From positions 85,224,260 to 85,288,259 of the forward strand of contig NC_057719.1 in assembly GCF_004010195.1 (NCBI RefSeq): a DNA stretch of 64,000 nt. Reading direction: 5' to 3'. The translations under genes and the position numbers were made by a program. Under the pieces are notes generated by a model. It was not told where the DNA came from and did no database searches. It saw only the letters and a list, made by a program, of their open reading frames with translations. The stretch comes from Chiloscyllium plagiosum. Lineage: Eukaryota. Each line of letters begins with the position of its first letter. Position 1 is the first letter of the stretch. Of the stretch, positions 61,121 to 64,000 are shown one piece after another.

Positions 61121-64000
61121 TCTCTGAAGTTTGGAACAGATGTTCAAAATCATGAAAGGGCTAGACTGGCAAATGACAAGAAATGAATGATATTCCATAA
61201 ATGGTCAATGTTTAAAAGGAAAGAAAGTTTTAAGAAGAAATATCGGGCCAACTCAGACTTGACTTGTTATGCCTCCAGCCACAAATCAAGTAGTGCCAAG
61301 TCAGATTTCGTGTCTTGAACAACAAAGCAGTAATTGAGAATTACTGGTTCACACGCAGACTATGAAACAACTTATTCTATAAAACACACACAATCCGCCC
61401 TGCTGGAATGCTTGAACTCTGCTCAACTTGGAGCAAGACTTCAGCACATCACAGTAAGTTAACAGAACAATCCGTGGGAATGCCTCAGTGAAATAAAACA
61501 GGGGCTACTTTTTGCAAACTCCCTACAGCTTGTGTTGAGCCTCAATACACTACTACTCAACTCCTGCAAAACATAGTAATAGCAGTACTCATGCTTAGAG
61601 TAACACATATCACAACTAACTAGCTCTACAGAAAGGTAATTTGGAAACTGAGTAGAAATCACATTATAATCTTTTTCAGTGAGGGTCATCATGGGTCAAT
61701 TAGCCTAGACCATCCTGATTTGTCAGAGTTTTACAGTAATAGCATGTGGTAACTCTAGCAACCACCATCAAATAGCAGGAAATGTAAAATAAAACCACTG
61801 CAAGAGCAGTAATGATTTCCCGTTGTATATGTAGTCAGAGGGTCATTAAGGAATAGACAATGTGCCAAAGTGGGTTCATGAAATGCATCATAGGTTTTGA
61901 GACATTTAATATTTGTGACTGAGGAAAAGAAATGAGCTAAGAGACACAGAAAGGAAGAATAATGAGGAAGGAAAGTAGGGAGATGGAGAAAATGAATGGG
62001 AGTGTTAATTAAGGCAAGGGACAGAAAGCACAGGGCGAGTATGGATGGGGGAGAAAATCAGGGAGTGAGAGCTAAGACAGATTCACAGAAAAAGGAGAGA
62101 TAGTGAAGAGAAAAGATCGCACATGGTGGAGGCAGGGAGGTGTGCGATGGTGAAGTGAGTGTAATGTATCACAGCGGAGGGGTAAAGAGCACACAGCAGA
62201 TAGACAAGTGAGTCAGGGCGCCTGGGTTGAGGGGACTGGGTACAGAAAGAGAGAATGAGAAAGGGGAGGTTGCAAAGAAACTGGAATGAAAGGGTTACAC
62301 AGGAAAAGGAAGTGACTGACCAGAAAGATAACATCAAATTCAGAATGACAACTGAAATCTGGTGACATTTCTGTATGTGCTCAGGTTAGAAATAAACTGA
62401 TTAAAATATTTTAAACTGCGACTGATAGAGTGTTAGATTCACTGTTGAATTATCTTATTTAACTACATTCTATTGACATTTGGATTTTATCCGGTCGCTT
62501 TTATTCAAGGTACTCCCCTACCTGTTTGCAACTATTTGGATCACATCATATTTCCTCATTCCATCCCCAATCATAAACACTTTGACGATTGTTTGAAAGG
62601 GAGGGCAAAATAGTAAAACTTTGAAATTTAATCACAGGTTAAAGAAGAGTAAGCACCAAAATGTCACAGATCGCAAAGGTGGGAGATGGATGAAATTATG
62701 TTTGAAGAAATCACTCAGGATGGACAGTAGCACACTCAAGGCTTGGTATGGTAGATCTCTACCAATAAGCATGATTCTCCTCACTCTTTAGACACACAGG
62801 CAACCTGAACTTCTGAATGAACGCTTTCCGAAACTCAAAAGGATAAACACGATGCTGTCTCTTACAGTAGCCAGCTTTCTCATAGGTCCTTCTAATTACC
62901 TGCGAGGATTTCACATTGAATCACAGCTCAGTTTATTAACACCACCAGATTTCACATAACCCTCTTCCAGGTGGACAAACTTCTCACATGAGCTTAGTAG
63001 TGGAGGAATGAGTTATGTAACAAGTCAGCCACCACTTCCAAAGCAAAAGCTACAGTTCTGTTATGTCCAGGCTTATTACTTATCTGACTAGTACCTGTTG
63101 GAAGGTTTACAGAGCAAGTGCAGCTGATCACCTCCTGACTAGATCTTCTCACATTATCAGAAGATCCTTGCAAACTGTTTTGACCAAATTCTGAGCAAAT
63201 TCAGATTGGGCGGAACAAGACGAGCAAGTTGGGAAGCAGTATTGGAAACAATGAGAATCTCCTCCCATGTTATCCCTGAAATTTTAATTTGGTATAAATT
63301 TTTCACATTACCAATGAAGCAGGAGAAACACTTACTTAGCAACTGAAGTATCACTCCCCTTTCAAAATAGCTTACTATTTGTAAAGAGAAATTTAAACAT
63401 ACTGGTGATTATGGAACGGTTGCTGATACTATAAAGAACAGGAGAAGATGAATTATTATTTTCATACACGGATATTATCACGACTGTGTAATTACAATGT
63501 TTGGTTAATAAAGGCGGCTTATCTGATCAATTACGGTCAATACAGCATCTTAAAAAGATGACATGCAGGGGTCATATGATTGTTCATTGATAAGGCTGCG
63601 ACAGTATTGAAATCTATTGCATTAAATGTGATTGTTTTATTGGACTTCTGTTTAACAACACCACAACCTCTAGATCAAACCGACTGACTATACCATGAAA
63701 GGCAAGGAGGCAAACTCGTACCTGCAATAAATCCAACACAATGTTATAGATGAGGGCTCGTCACAACTTGGACCTTTGTTCTAAATGCCCAACATAAAAC
63801 CAGCTATCGATATCAAACAAGACCTGGGCAAAGTTTAGGCTTGGATTGAAAAGTGACAGATAACCATCTCAGGCACAGGTATCATAACTACCTCTCAATG
63901 TAATTTAAAGGCACTACCAACACAGTCCTCATTGTGAACCAAAACTGACCAGAAATCCAACAGGACTAACTCAATGGATTCTGTGTTTACCAGTGCAAGC

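Noticed and set aside
54452..64000. Penultimate DNAJC17 exon (NPLKISWLEG-like)
   Set aside because: Not found by eye; the candidates near 61270 and 62900 contain stops or lack similarity

Overview
Repeat-rich eukaryotic DNA, almost certainly from an elasmobranch (shark), judged by HE1-type tRNA-derived SINEs, HER1/CR1 LINEs and Deu-domain SINEs. Three host genes are visible: the first coding exon of RMDN3/PTPIP51 (minus strand, 817-1006), the complete three-exon GCHFR (plus strand, 34978-52757, 88 aa) and the last exon of DNAJC17 (minus strand, 54344-54451). Their order and orientation match what I recall for human 15q15.1. The rest is mostly nested retroelements: CR1 LINEs (one near full length), L2, Tx1-like and Rex-like tails, SINEs and LTR-like pieces. 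There are at least three families of Penelope-like elements (PLEs), whose pseudo-LTRs carry minimal hammerhead-ribozyme cores, several as short fold-back insertions with target-site duplications (TSDs). Other highlights are an endogenous-retrovirus remnant with a tRNA-His primer-binding site, an orphan CpG promoter-like module and a 41/42-bp hairpin inside GCHFR intron 2, and interlocking poly(A) signals between GCHFR and DNAJC17. Gene and repeat identities come from recalled motifs, not database searches, and repeat boundaries are approximate.
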